NCBI RefSeq assembly: GCF_963921235.1
Contig: NC_086108.1
Coordinates: forward strand, 39,806,001-39,870,000
DNA length: 64,000 bases
Direction of reading: 5' to 3'
Origin: Mobula hypostoma
Taxonomy: Eukaryota
The notes under the pieces are model-generated. The model was not told where the DNA came from, searched no databases, and worked only from the letters and a program-made list of their open reading frames with translations. Shown here piece by piece: positions 25,095 to 37,911 of this stretch. The position numbers were made by a program, and so were the translations under genes. Position 1 is the stretch's first letter, and every line of letters begins with the position of its first letter.

Positions 25095-25510
25095 AATAAC
25101 CTTTTCATAGAGTTGCTTGGAGTGTTCTTTTGTTTTCATGGTGTAGTTTTTTGCTAGGATACTGACTCACCAGCAGCTTGACCTTCCATATACAGGTGCG
25201 TTTTTACTGCAATCAGTTGAAATACTTTGACTGCACACAGTGATCTCAATTTAACTAATTATGTGACTTCTAAAACCAATTGGCTGCAATAGTGATGGTT
25301 TGGTATGTCATATTTCAAGGGGATGAATACTTATGCAATCAATTATTTTGGGTTTTATATTTGAATTAATTTAGATCCATTTGTAGAGATCTGTTTTCAC
25401 TTTCAGATGAATGAGTCTTTTTCTGTTGATCAGTGTCAAAAAAGCCAAAGTAAATCCACTGTGACTCAATGTTATAGAGCATAAACCACAAAATCTTTTT
25501 ATAGGCACTG
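25095..25510 (-). mobile_element. Second Tc1 fragment (same end as 23340-24236)
   Basis: Colinear with 23341-23840; ends TTTTATAGGCACTG. Confidence 0.88.
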
Positions 25511-25595
25511 GTAGAGGACCTGAGATTGAGGGGAAAAATGCACATACAAGCCACCCAAAAGGGGTGAGGGGGAAAGATACTTATTTAATTATTTT

Positions 25596-27885
25596 CTCAT
25601 CCCTTGTGGGTGGTGTGTATGTGTATTTTTCCCTCAATCTTGGGTCCTCTACCAGAGGCCTGGGAGCTTGAGGGTTCAGTGCAGTATCCTTGCTGTTACT
25701 AGTAGTGCACTCTTCTAGACCGAGATCTCAGATATTGTTCAGGGATTTGTTGGATCCACTCTCCCTGTCCAGATGTCACAGCTCCAAGTGCTCCTGTCAC
25801 CACCATGATTACTCTGAGTTTAACTTCCCACATCATTTCTATCTGCTCTTTCAAGCCCTTGTATTTCTCCAGCTTCTCGTATTCTTTCTTTCTGATATTA
25901 CTGTCATTCAGGATTGCCACATTGCTTTCTTCTGTTCCTTGTCCAGTATTACTATGTCTGGTTGGTTGGCCAGTACCTGCTTATCAGCCTGTATTTAGAA
26001 ATACCATAATACCTTAGCTCTGTCATTCTCCACTACCTTCTTAGGTATTTCCTATTTGGACTCAAGAATGTTCAATTCATAATTAGCACAGATGTTCCTA
26101 TACACAATTCTTGCAACTTGGTTGTCCGGTTCAATGTATGCTGTCTCTGCCTGTACCTTACACCCTGTTACTATGTGCTTGATAGTTTCAGTGGGTTCCT
26201 TGCTCAGTCTGCCTCTTGGGTCTTGTCTGGTATGATAGACCCTTGCTTACAATATATATTAATGACTTGGATGAGGGAATTAAATGCAGCATCTCCAAGT
26301 TTGCGGATGACACGAAGCTGGGTGGCAGTGTTAGCTGTGAGGAGGATGCTAAGAGGATGCAGGGTGACTTGGATAGGTTGGGTGAGTGGGCAAATTCATG
26401 GCAGATGCAATTTAATGTGGATAAATGTGAAGTTATCCACTTTGGTGGTAAAAATAGGAAAACAGATTATTATCTGAATGGTGGCCGATTAGGAAAAGGG
26501 GAGGTGCAACGAGACCTGGGTGTCATTATACACCAGTCATTGAAAGTGGGCATGCAGGTACAGCAGGTGGTGAAAAAGGCAAATGGTATGGTGGCATTTA
26601 TAGCGAGAGGATTCGAGTACAGGAGCAGGGAGGTACTACTGCAGTTGTACAAGGCCTTGGTGAGACCACACCTGGAGTATTGTGTGCAGTTTTGGTCCCC
26701 TAATCTGAGGAAAAACATCCTTGCCATAGAGGGAGTACAAAGAAGGTTCACCAGATTGATTCCTGGGATGGCAGGACTTTCATATGAAGAAAGACTGGAT
26801 GAACTGGGCTTGTACTCGTTGGAATTTAGAAGATTGAGGGGGGATCTGATTGAAACGTATAAGATCCTAAAGGGATTGGACAGGCTAGATGCAGGAAGAT
26901 TGTTCCCGATGTTGGGGAAGTCCAGAACGAGGGTTTGAGGATAGAGGGGAAGCCTTTTAGGACCAAGATTAGGAAAAACTTCTTCACACAGAGAGTTTGA
27001 GGATAGAGGGGAAGCCTTTTAGGACCGAGATTAGGAAAAACTTCTTCACACGGAGAGTGGTGAATCTGTGGAATTCTCTGCCACAGGAAACAGTTGAGGC
27101 CAGTTCATTGACTATATTTATGAGGGAGTTAGATATGGCCCTTGTGGCTACGGGGGTCAGGGGGTATGGAGGGAAGGCTGGGGCGGGGTTCTGAGTTGGA
27201 TGATCAGCCATGATCATAATAAATGGCGGTGCAGGCTCGAAGGGCCGAATGGCCTACTCCTGCACCTATTTTCTATGTTTCTATGTTTCTATTCCCCTGT
27301 GCTGTCACTCAGCCCTGCCATTTCCAGTCATTGGTAGGACTTGCTTATGTCAGCCACCTCTGATATCTGGCAATGGTACATCCTGTGCAGAGACTTCTCC
27401 TGCTATGGCCCCTGGCTCTGCTTCACCCACTTCTATTTCTGTATCCCCTGCCAATTGTTTGAGGTATTCTCCTGACAGGTTGTCCTTGGGGGTCATCTTT
27501 GTGACATACTCATAGATATTTTGCATTTCTTCCAGGACTGTGTCCTTAACACTTCCAAGTCACTGTCCTCCTCTATTCCTGCGGGTGTACAGTCACTTGC
27601 TGTTGAACTTTGGATGTAATCCTCCGTGAATTGTTAGTAGTTTCTGGATCTTGATGTCAACGGTTTCCAATTCGTTCCTTGGCCAGCACAATATTGTGGC
27701 TGGGTATCTCATGACCAGTAGGGCGAATGTGTTGACTGCTCTGATCTTGTTCTTCCCATTCAGCTGGCTTTTTAGAATCAGTCTCACTCTACGGAAGTAC
27801 TTGGATGTTGCAGCCTTCCTTGTGTCCTCATTGTGGTTCCCATGCACCTAAAGGATCCCCAGGTATTTGTAGCTGTCCTGTACAT
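25596..27885 (-). mobile_element. R4/Dong-type (restriction-like endonuclease) non-LTR retrotransposon fragment, interrupted by CR1
   Basis: DSNIRKKEYEKLEKYKGL..VVTGALGAVT (REL-type endonuclease) and KYFRRVRLILKSQLNGKNKIRAVNT. Confidence 0.85.
26243..27291 (+). mobile_element. Young CR1 3' part nested in R4/Dong, with a 62-bp internal tandem duplication
   Basis: 240-aa ORF YINDLDEG..SKFADDTKL..VRPHLEYCVQFWSP; duplication at 26933 and 26995; CTATGTTT tail. Confidence 0.95.
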
Positions 27886-27957
27886 CAGAAAGTATAAACT
27901 GTAAACAAAATATTTTGAGGTTAGCTTCTGTCTGCAAAAAATCCTACAAAAGTAATA

Positions 27958-28395
27958 GATTTGGCCCAGTACATCACAGGTAAAACCCTCCCAACCATTG
28001 AGCGTGTCTACATGAAATGTTGCTGTAGAAAATCATCAAAGATCCTCACTACACAGGCCTTTCTCTTTTCTCACTGCTGCTGTCAGGCAGAAGGTACAGG
28101 TGCCTCAGGACTCACACCACCAGGTTTAAGAACAGTTACTACCCCTCAAGCATCCGACTCTTGAACTAAAGGGGATAGCTACACTCATTAAGAACTATGT
28201 TGTATTGTTATTTTATGCTCATTCCATTACTATTTATTTATATCTGTATTGCAGAGTTTGTTTACAGTTTATAGTTTCTGATATTTACAGTTACTGTTCT
28301 ATAGATTTGCTAAGCATGCCTGCAGAAAAAGAATCTCAGGGTTGTATATGGTGATATATATACTCTAATAATAAATTTTACTTTGAAATTTGAAA
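27958..28395 (+). mobile_element. Rex1/Babar-type LINE 3' end
   Basis: AQYITGKTLPTIE; AATAAA followed by a TTTGAA tail. Confidence 0.8.
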
Positions 28396-28819
28396 ATTCA
28401 GTATACAGTACCTACCATTCAGTGCATCTCATTGATCAGCGAAAGAGTGATAAACATTGACGGTAGTGTTGGTGACTTTGAAAATTGCATTTGAATATAT
28501 ACATCTTGTCTCCTTGGTTTCTGTCACATACATCTTAAATAATAGTGAGTGAATTTTCTCTATCAAGAAAGGTCCATCAGCATTTCAATAAGAATTAATT
28601 GTTGATTCTTCCAAGAAAACTTTACTGATAATCGCTTCAATACCTTAGACCTTTTCAACGGTGTATGTACTGTGCAGGTGTTTGTGTTTAATTCATAGTT
28701 GGAAAAACAGCGTTTGTACTGATTTGTCAGAAATTGCTATAGCTGATTGGTTTAATTGTAAAGCCATAGTTTTGGGAAGTATTGCTGCATCCTATTTTGG
28801 AGATCTAATCAGTGCAATA

Positions 28820-31800
28820 ATGAAGTGCAATACAGAGAACTAGACAGACAGATCAGACAACTGTGCAATATTGCAAAGGAAGAATGGCTGACTCAAAATG
28901 CAATGAAGTAGAAGGCCATATTAACAACAGCAAAGAAATGCACAAGAAAGTTAAGGAAATTACTGGAATTAAGAAAACCTCCTCAACAGGATGCAAGATC
29001 AGCAGCTGGATCCATACTAACAGATCCAGATAAAGAATGTGAGAGGTGGATTCAGTATATAGAGCAGCTTTTTGAAGATAATAGAGGGAAACCCCCAGAT
29101 ATTAAACACACTAATTCTGGCCCACCTATTACCAAAGAAGAAACAACTAAAGCAATGAAAAGCATGAAACATGGTAAAGCCATTGGACCTGATGATATTT
29201 CAGTGGAAATGATACAAGCCCTAGAAGATCTGGGCATAGATATTCTTTTTGAGCTGTTTAATGGCATATATGAGTCTAGTGTATTGCCTGACGATATCTT
29301 GAAATCAGTATTTATAACTCTGCCAAAAATTCCTGGAACTATTGACTGTGAAAATTATAGAACAATCAGTCTTATAAGTCACATAATAAAGATTCTGTTG
29401 AGAATTGTTCTGAGTCGAATTAAAAACAAGTTAAGGCTAGAGACTTCTAAACTGCAATAGGGGTTTATTGAAAATAGAGGAACTAGGAATACAATTTTCA
29501 TACTATGAATGCTTTTAGAAAGGGCAATTGAATATCAAAATGATGTCTTTATGTTATATTAATTTCAGTAAAGCATTCGACAAAGTGCAACATGAAAAAT
29601 TATTTCAAATTCTCACTAAACTAAACATTGACAGAAGGGACCAACAACTGCTTCAAAATTTATATTGGAATCAAACAGCGGCGGTAAACATTGATGATTA
29701 AGCAGTTGGACTAAAATTCTTTTTTTTTAATCTTTTTATTAATTTTCAGGTTCATAAACATAATAACAATAGTGATACAAAAAGATTGGAATTACCTTAT
29801 TGTTAATAGACATATACAAAAAAGACTACAAATAGTACAAGTGTAATAGACTTCCAAACTCTTGGTATAGTTAATCATGAAGAAAAAAGAAATAAAAAGA
29901 AAAGGATATTGCAAAGAAAAACCCCAAAAAACAAAAAAAAAATTTTAAAAATAGAACTAATGGCTAAACCCAAAAAAAGCAAACAGAACAAAACAAGGCT
30001 GAATGAATTAGATGGAATACATTCATTAATGTCGTCAACTCCGCTGCTCTATTCATATATTCTACGTTAATAAAAAGGGTTCGGAAAAAGTCAAACTACA
30101 TCATATGAAAATGTTGAATAAATGGCTTCCAAGTCTCTTCAAGTTTAACCGAAGGATCAAAAATTTAGGTAGAATAATCATTTTAATAGCATTGATTTGG
30201 CCAATCAGTGATAGAGACAATGGGGACTATTTAGTAAGCAATTGTTTAACCTGGCTAATTAAGGGTAAAAGATTGAGCTTAAATAAGTCTTTATGTCTCT
30301 TAGCAATTGTAACCCCCAAATAAGTAAAATAGTCAGTAATCAATCTGAATGGTGAACATCTATAACCTGCATATTTAATAGAAAAAGTTCACTTTTACCA
30401 AGATTCAATTTGTAACCAGAAGAACTACTAAACTGAGCAAGCAGAGATAATATTGCCGGAATGGATTTCTCAGGGTTAGAAATATATAGTAAATCATATG
30501 CGTATAGTGATAATTTATGTATCTCATTCCCACGGGTAATACCAAATGTATTAGGGGAGTCACGATTAGCAATAGCTAATGGTTCCAGGGCAATACCGAA
30601 TAATAATAGACTAAGAAGGCAACCCTGCCTAGTACCACGGAATAACTGAAAAAGGGGAGATCTTTGATTATTGGTAAATACCGAAGCCAAAGGAGTAAGG
30701 TATATCAATTTAATCCAAGATATAAACATCGGACTAAAATTAAATTTCTCAAGCGTATTAAACAAATATGTCCATTCGACTCTATCAAAAGCTTCCTCAG
30801 CGTCCAATGAGATGACGCATTCTAGAATTCTAGGTGAAGAAGTGTAAACAATATTCATTAATCTCCTAATATTAAAGAAGGAGTAACGCTTTTTAATAAA
30901 TCCAGTCTGATCAATGGAAATAATTTGAGGCAATACATTCTCCAGTCTTGTTGCCAATATTTTAGAAAAAATCTTAGAATCTGGACTAAAATTCGATGAG
31001 GAGTTAGACAGGGATGCGTTGCCTCACCGGAATTATTTAATATCTATAGTGAAATGATTCTCAGAGAAATAGAAGATCTAAATGGGATAAAAATTGGAGG
31101 TGTTAACATCAACAGTATAAGATATGCAGACGATACCACCCTAATAGCAAGTGCTGCAGAAGACCTACAAATCCTCCTAGACAAAGCAGTACAAACAATT
31201 GTAGATTTTGGTCTGACCATCAACTGTAAAAAAAACAAATGTATGGTAATATCGAAACGGCAGGATACTCCCAACTGCCAATTGTACATCGGTAACCAAG
31301 AGATTGAACAAAAGACCAGCTTTAGTTAACTTGGTAGCTTTATATCACAAGATGCTATAAGTAAAGTAGAAATAAAAAGAATTGCCATTGCCAAAACCAA
31401 CTTCCAAAAAATGAAACCCATTTTACCAACAGACACATTTCTATGACAACAAGGCTTAGGCTACTAAAATGTTACATCTGGTCAATCTTGCTGTATGGAC
31501 TATAACACCAGAACTCCAAAGAAACTTAAAAGCAACAGAAATGTGGTTTCTTTGAAGAATGCTGAAAATATCATATAGAGATAGGGTAACTAATGTGACA
31601 GTACTCCAATGTGCCCAACAAAAAGATCTTTAATGAGAGCATTAAATAAAAGGAAACTTAAATTCCTGGGCCATGTCATCAGAAAGGGAGAAATAGAATG
31701 CCTTACATTACAAGGCCGTATGCCTGGGAAACGCGGAAGAGGAAGGCAAAGAAGAAAATATTTGGATACTGTGAAAGAACTAACAGATCTAAGTGTGCAA

Positions 31801-31889
31801 GATACCATTGATGCTGCGAGGGATCGTTTGATATGGAAAGGCATGATCGCCCAAGCGTGTAACATGCAAGGCGCATGAAGAAGAAGAAG
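28820..31889 (+). mobile_element. RTE-clade LINE, 5'-truncated, interrupted by L1
   Basis: GKAIGPDDI, CENYRTISL, INSIRYADDTTL, GKRGRGRQR; (GAA)n tail; 13-bp TSD AATCAGTGCAATA (28807-28819, 31890-31902). Confidence 0.93.
29720..30981 (-). mobile_element. L1-clade LINE, truncated and internally deleted, nested in RTE
   Basis: DQTGFI..SLDAEEAFDRVEW..RGTRQGC..; poly(A) and AATAAA; 13-bp TSD TGGACTAAAATTC (29707-29719, 30982-30994). Confidence 0.93.
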
Positions 31890-32025
31890 AATCAGTGCAA
31901 TAGCCGACTGGTTTGATTGATTAATTCTGAAATATGATTAATTGAAGCTGCATTAGTCACTTGTTAAATGGACTTGTAGTTTAACAACAGTCACTTAATT
32001 ATGATAAATGGATGTATTTTAAATG

Positions 32026-32552
32026 TACTCTGTGGCCACTTTATTAGGTACAGGAGTGTACCTTAAAAAGTGGCCACAGAAGTGGAACCCAGTGTGGTCT
32101 TCTGTTATAGTCTATCCACTTCAAGGTTCCCTGTATTGTGCATTGAGAGATGCTCTTCTGCACATCACTGTTATTATGTGTGGTTGAGTTACTATCGCCT
32201 TCCTGTTTGCTTGAACCAGTCAGGCCATTCTCCTCTGACCTTTCTAATTAACAAGGTAATTTTGCCCACAGAACTACCATTCACTGGATGTGTTTTGCAT
32301 TTCACACCGTTCTCTGTAAATTCTAGAGACTACTGTGTGTGAAAATCCCAGGAGATCAGCAGTTCTGTCTGGCACCAACATTCTTAAAGTCACTTAAATC
32401 ACATCTCTTCCCTGTGTTGATATTTGGTCTGAACAACAACAACCTCTTAATCATGTCTGCAAGCGTTTATGCATTGACTTGCTGCCACATTATTAACTGA
32501 TTAGATATTTGCATAAATCAGCAGGTGTACCAAATAAAGTGGCCACTGAGTG
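32026..32552. mobile_element. Non-autonomous Tc1-like element
   Basis: TIRs ACTCTGTGGCCACTTTATTAGGTACA and TGTACCAAATAAAGTGGCCACTGAGT. Confidence 0.85.
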
Positions 32553-32639
32553 TTGATTTTAACTGAGTCACTTAAGCAGTAAAGCCTTCTTCATTGAGGA
32601 GTTTGATCATAAAATATGTTTCAAGAAAAGTCATTTTTA

Positions 32640-33467
32640 TTTTTAAATCTTTTTTATTAATTATTATTGAAGATCAACAAAAAATTCATTAAAGTAATCA
32701 AGTCAACGTGTCAATATGTACAATGAGGAATTAAATTATCAAATAACTGATTAACAAAGCTAAACAATATATCATTAATAATAAGAAAAAATAAAGAATT
32801 TTTTTTGGAAAAAAGAAAGAAGGAAATAAAAGAAACCCTACTAACTAAAACAAAAAAACTCTGCTAACAAAAAAAAACGAAAAGAGAAAAAAGAACCCAT
32901 TGGGAGCACAACCCCGGAGCTATACACCATACAAGCTTCCATAAAAGAAAAACACCAATCCGCCAACTCAAATCCATTTAAACAAGAATCAGAAGGAAAC
33001 CATCTTAAGTCCAATGGTAGTAGCGGGCAAAAGAACCCCACCTTGTCTCAAAATCAAATCGAGGATCAAAAATTCGACTTCTGACTTTCTCCAAACTAAG
33101 ACACAGCATCACCTGAGAGAACCATTGTATCAAAGTGGGAGCAGAGGCATCTTTCCATTTCAGTAAAATAGCCCTTCTGGCCAATAATGTAACGAATGCA
33201 ATTACATGTTGGTCTGATATAGAAATACCATGAATATATTGAGGGATTATACAAAACAAAACGGTCAATTTATTAGGTTGTAAATTAATTTTTAAAGCTT
33301 TTGAAATTGTAGAGAAAATAGATTTCCAAAACTGTTTCAATACAGAACATGACCAGAACATATGTGTCGATGTAGCTGTCTCGGTTTTACATCTATTACA
33401 CTGACTATCAACATTAGGAAACATTTTAGACAGTCTCTCCTTTGTCAAATAGTAACTATGTACAATT
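32640..33467 (-). mobile_element. L1-clade LINE 3' end
   Basis: C-terminal Cys domain CNRC..HMFWSC; T-rich 3' UTR and A-tail. Confidence 0.9.
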
Positions 33468-33469
33468 AT

Positions 33470-35155
33470 TTTTTAGAAAGTGAGGTAGTGCCCAAGGATT
33501 CAATGTCCATTTAGGAATTGGATGGCAGAGGGGAAGCAGCTGTTCCTGAATCGCTGAGTGTGTGCCTTCAGCCTTCTGTACCTCCTTGCTGATGGTAACA
33601 GTGAGAAAAGGGCATGCCCTGGGTGCTAGAGGTCCTTAATCATGGAAACTGCCTTTCTGAGACACCGCTCCCTGAAGTTGTCCTGGGTGCTTTGAAGGCT
33701 AGTACCCAAGATGGAGCTGACTAGGTTTACAACCCTCTGCAGCTTCTTTTGGTCCGGTAGTAGCCTCTCCATACCAGATAGTGATGCACAACTATAGAAG
33801 TTTTTGAGTGTAGTATTTGTTGACATGCCAAATCTCTTCAAGCTCCTAATAAAGTATAGCCGCTGTCTTGCCTTCTTTATAACTACATCAATATGTTGGG
33901 ACCAGGTTAGATCCTCCGAGATCTTGACACCCAGGAACTTGAAACTGCTCACTCTCTGAACTTCTGATCCCTCTATGAGGATTGATATGTGTTCCTTCAT
34001 CTTACCCTTCCTGAAGTCCACAATCAGCTCTTTTGTCTTACTGACGTTGAGTGCCAGGTTGTTGCTGCGGCATCACTCCATTAGTTGGCATATCTCATAT
34101 TAGTTGGTACGCCCTCCTGTTACATGCTAAGATTCTACCAACAATGGTTGTATCGTCAGCAAATTTATAGATGGTATTTGAGCTATGCCTAGCCACACAG
34201 TCATGTGTTTATAGAGAGTGGAGCAATGGACTAAGCACACACCCCTGAGGTGCGCCAGTATTGATCGTCAGCGAGAAGGAGATGTTATCACCAATCTGCA
34301 CAGATTTTGGTCTTCCGGTTAGGAAGTTGAGGATCCAATTACAGGGGGAGGTACAGAGGCACAGGTTCTGCAACTTCTCAATCAGGATTGAGAAGAGGGC
34401 ATACCCTGCATTGGGAGGGTCCTTCATGGTGGATACGCTGTGTTGATGCACTACTTTCTAAGCTTGTGATTGAACTGGCTGAGTCTACAACTCTCTGAAA
34501 GCCTCTTATGATTCTGTGTACTGGTAGTTCCAAACCAGATGGTGATGTAACCACTCAAAATGCTCTCCGTGGTACATCTGGAAAAATTTGCTGGAGTCTG
34601 TGATGTCATAACAAATCTCTCCAAATTCCTAATAAAGTACAGCTGCTGGAGTGTTTTTGTCATGCTTTTATGGATATAGTAAATGGAGGATATATCCTCT
34701 GAGTAGTTGGCAGCCAGGAACTTGAAACTGCTCAGCCTTCCTACAGGTGACCCCTCAATGAGGATTTGTGCATGTTCCCTTGATTTCCCCTTCCTGAACT
34801 TAACAATCTTTTCTTTGACCTTGTTGACAATGACACCACTTAATAAGCCAATCTGTTTCATTCCTTTATACCTTCTCTTCACCGTCAGAGATTCTGCCAA
34901 CAACAGTAGTCTCATCAGTGAATTTACAGATGGTATTTGAGTTACGCCTAGCCACACGAATGTGAGTGTGATGGGAGTAGAGCAGTGGGCAAAGTATGCA
35001 TCCTTGAAGTGCACCTGTGTTGATTGTCTGGAGGAGATGTTATCACCAATCTGTATTGACTGAGATCTCCCAATGAAGAAGTTAAGAATCCAATTGCAGA
35101 GGGAGGTACATAGGCCCAGGTTTTGAAGCTTCCTGATTAGTACTGTGGGGATGTA
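33470..35155 (-). mobile_element. Two adjacent Rex1/Babar-type LINE fragments (junction near 34390)
   Basis: [40 protein letters not shown] appears twice. Confidence 0.88.
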
Positions 35156-35203
35156 CAGAGCTGTAACTTGAACAGAGCTGTAACTTGAACAGAGCTGTAA
35201 CTG
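35155..35203 (+). repeat. 17-bp tandem repeat, about 3 copies (ACAGAGCTGTAACTTGA)
   Basis: Directly visible at the truncated end of a LINE fragment. Confidence 0.9.
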
Positions 35204-35600
35204 GAAAACAATACCTCACCTGTTTCTGATTCTTTTAGTCTTGCTTATGAAGATAGAAATTCTACCTTTCATGCCCGATTGCTATAAAGCAATGAGATGG
35301 AAAAATATCTTTAACATATTGAACTTTTGGCTTACATTTTAACATTTTTACTTATTAATATAATTTAATAATTCTTATTCAGGCTGGGTTTTGAATCTTG
35401 CATCTCATTATGGTCTTCAAAATATTCAGCAGTTTATGAACTGGACACTATTAAGTATATCTTGCTAATATTGTTATAAATTGTCTACAATGTTCTCTTT
35501 ACTGTGTCTACAAAATGCATTTCGCTAGCTGCTTAGTTCTCTACAGATGTTACCTGACTTGTTTGATGTTTAACGGCTTTGTTAGAGATAGTTTTTTTTA

Positions 35601-37407
35601 ATAGAAACACAGAAACATAGAAAATAGGTGCAGGAGTAGGCCATTCGGCCCTTTGAGCCTGCACCGCCATTCAGTATGATCATGGCTGATCATCCAACTC
35701 AGAACCCTGTAACTGCCTTCTCTCCATACTTCCTGATCCTTTTAGCCATATTAACTCCCTCTTAAGTATAGCCAATGAACTGGCCTCAACTGTTTCCTGT
35801 GGCAGAGAATTCCACAGATTCACCACTCTCTGTGTGAAGAAGTTTTTCCTCATCTCGGTCCTGAAAGGCTTCCCCTTCATCCTCAAATTGTGACCCCTCG
35901 TTCTGGACTTCCCCAACATCGGGAACAATCTTCTTGCATCTAGCCTGTCCAATCCCTTTAAGATTTTATACGTTTCAATAAGATCCTCCCTCAATCTTCC
36001 AAATTCCAGAGAGTATAAGCCTAGTCGATCCAGTCTTTCATCATATGAAAGTCCTGCCATCCCAGGAATCAATCTGGTGAACCTCCTTTGTACTCCCTCT
36101 ATGGCAAGAATGTCTTTCCTCAGATTAGGGGACCAAAACTGCACACAATACTCTAGGTGTGGTCTCACCAAGGCCTTGTACAACTGCAGTAGTACCTCCC
36201 TGCTCCTGTACTCGAGTCTTCTTGCTATGAATGCCAGCGTACCATTCGCCTTTTTCACCGCCTGCTGTACCTGCATGCCCACTTTCAATGACTGGTGTAC
36301 ATCCACTGGTTCTCCCCTATCCACTCTACTAGTTACGTCCTCAAAAAATTCTATGAGATTCGTCAGACATGATTTTCCTTTCACAAATCCATGCTGACCT
36401 TGTCCGATGATTTCACCGCTTTCCAAATGTGCTGTTATCACATCTTTGATAACTGACTCTAGCATTTTCCCCACCACCGATGTCAGGCTAACCGGTCTAT
36501 AATTCCCTGGTTTCTCTCACCCTCCTTTTTTAAAAAGCGGGGTTACATTAGCTACACTCCAATCCTCAGGAACTAATCCAGAATCTGAAGAGTTTTGAAA
36601 AATTATCACTAATGCATCCACTATTTCTTGGGCTATTATCACTAATGCATCCACTATTTCATTAAGCACTCTGGGGTGCAGACCATCTGGCCCTGGGGAT
36701 TTATTGACCTTTAATCCCTTCAATTTACCTAACACCACTTCCCTACTAACTTGTATTTCCCTCAGTTCCTCCATCTCACTAGACCCTCGGTCTCCTACTA
36801 TTTCGGGAAGATTATTTATGTCCTCCTTAGTGAAGACAGAACCAAAGTAGTTATTCAATTGGTCTGCCATGTCCTTGTTCCCCATGATCAATTCACCTGT
36901 TTCTGACTGTAAGGGACCTACATTTGTCTTAACCAATCTTTTTCTTTTCACATATCCACAAAAGCTTTTACAGTCAGTTTTTATGATCCCTGCCAGCTTT
37001 CTCTCATAACCTTTTTTCGCTTTCCTAGTTAAGCCCTTTGTCCTCCTCTGTTGGACTCTGAATTTCTCCCTATCCTCAGTTGTGTCGCTTTTTCTGGCTA
37101 ATTTGTATGTTTCTTCTTTGGAATTGATATTACCCCTAATTTCCCTTGTCAGCCACGGGTGCACTACCTTCCCTGGTTTATTCTTTTGCCAAACTGGGAT
37201 GAACAATTGTTGTAGTTCATCCATGCGATCTTTAAGTGCTTGCCATTGCATATCCACTGTCAACCCTTTAAGTATCATTTGGCAGTCTATCTTGCCTAAT
37301 TCACGTTTCATACCTTCAAAGTTATTCTTCTTTAAGTTCAGAACCTTTGTTCCTGAATTAACTATATCACTCTCCATCTTAATGAAGAATTCCACCATAT
37401 TATGTTC
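35601..37407 (-). mobile_element. Young CR1 with an internal RT deletion and a 33-bp duplication
   Basis: ORFs 36517-37413 and 35680-36477; PVDV|HQSLKV junction near 36300; EIVDALVII repeated. Confidence 0.95.
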
Positions 37408-37911
37408 CACCATAGTTCAGCAAGTTTGCACTAAAGCTATGGGTATCAGAGCTGCAGTTATTAGAATGTTCAAGGGGGAAGTAGCGATATAATATATTTG
37501 GACTTGTGGAAGGGTTTCAATATGGTCCCAACTAAGACAATAGTGCAAAATATTAAAGCTTCTAGTTTAAATAAAATATATTTACATCAATAGAGACGCA
37601 GTTGACAAACAGGAAATAGTAAGAATAAACATGTCGTTTTTTGTATGCAGGGCAGTGACAAATAGAATGCTGCTTGAAGCCTGAGAGGTTCACAACGTAA
37701 ATCAATGTTTTGTATGAGGAAACTAAATGTATTGTTTTATGTTTTGTAACTCTAAAACGTAAAGATAAAATAAAAACAAGGGCAAGCCAGTGATAACTCA
37801 TGTACTTGGTTTTTACTTTAAACGAGGTGCGCATGTATCACGTGGTAGGTTCATGACGTAGGCAATTCACGTAATTTTACATATAAATATAATGAATTGT
37901 ATAAACAATGA

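Noticed and set aside
35155..35203. Short direct repeats as a CRISPR-like array
   Set aside because: Head-to-tail 17-mers without spacers in vertebrate DNA; an ordinary minisatellite.
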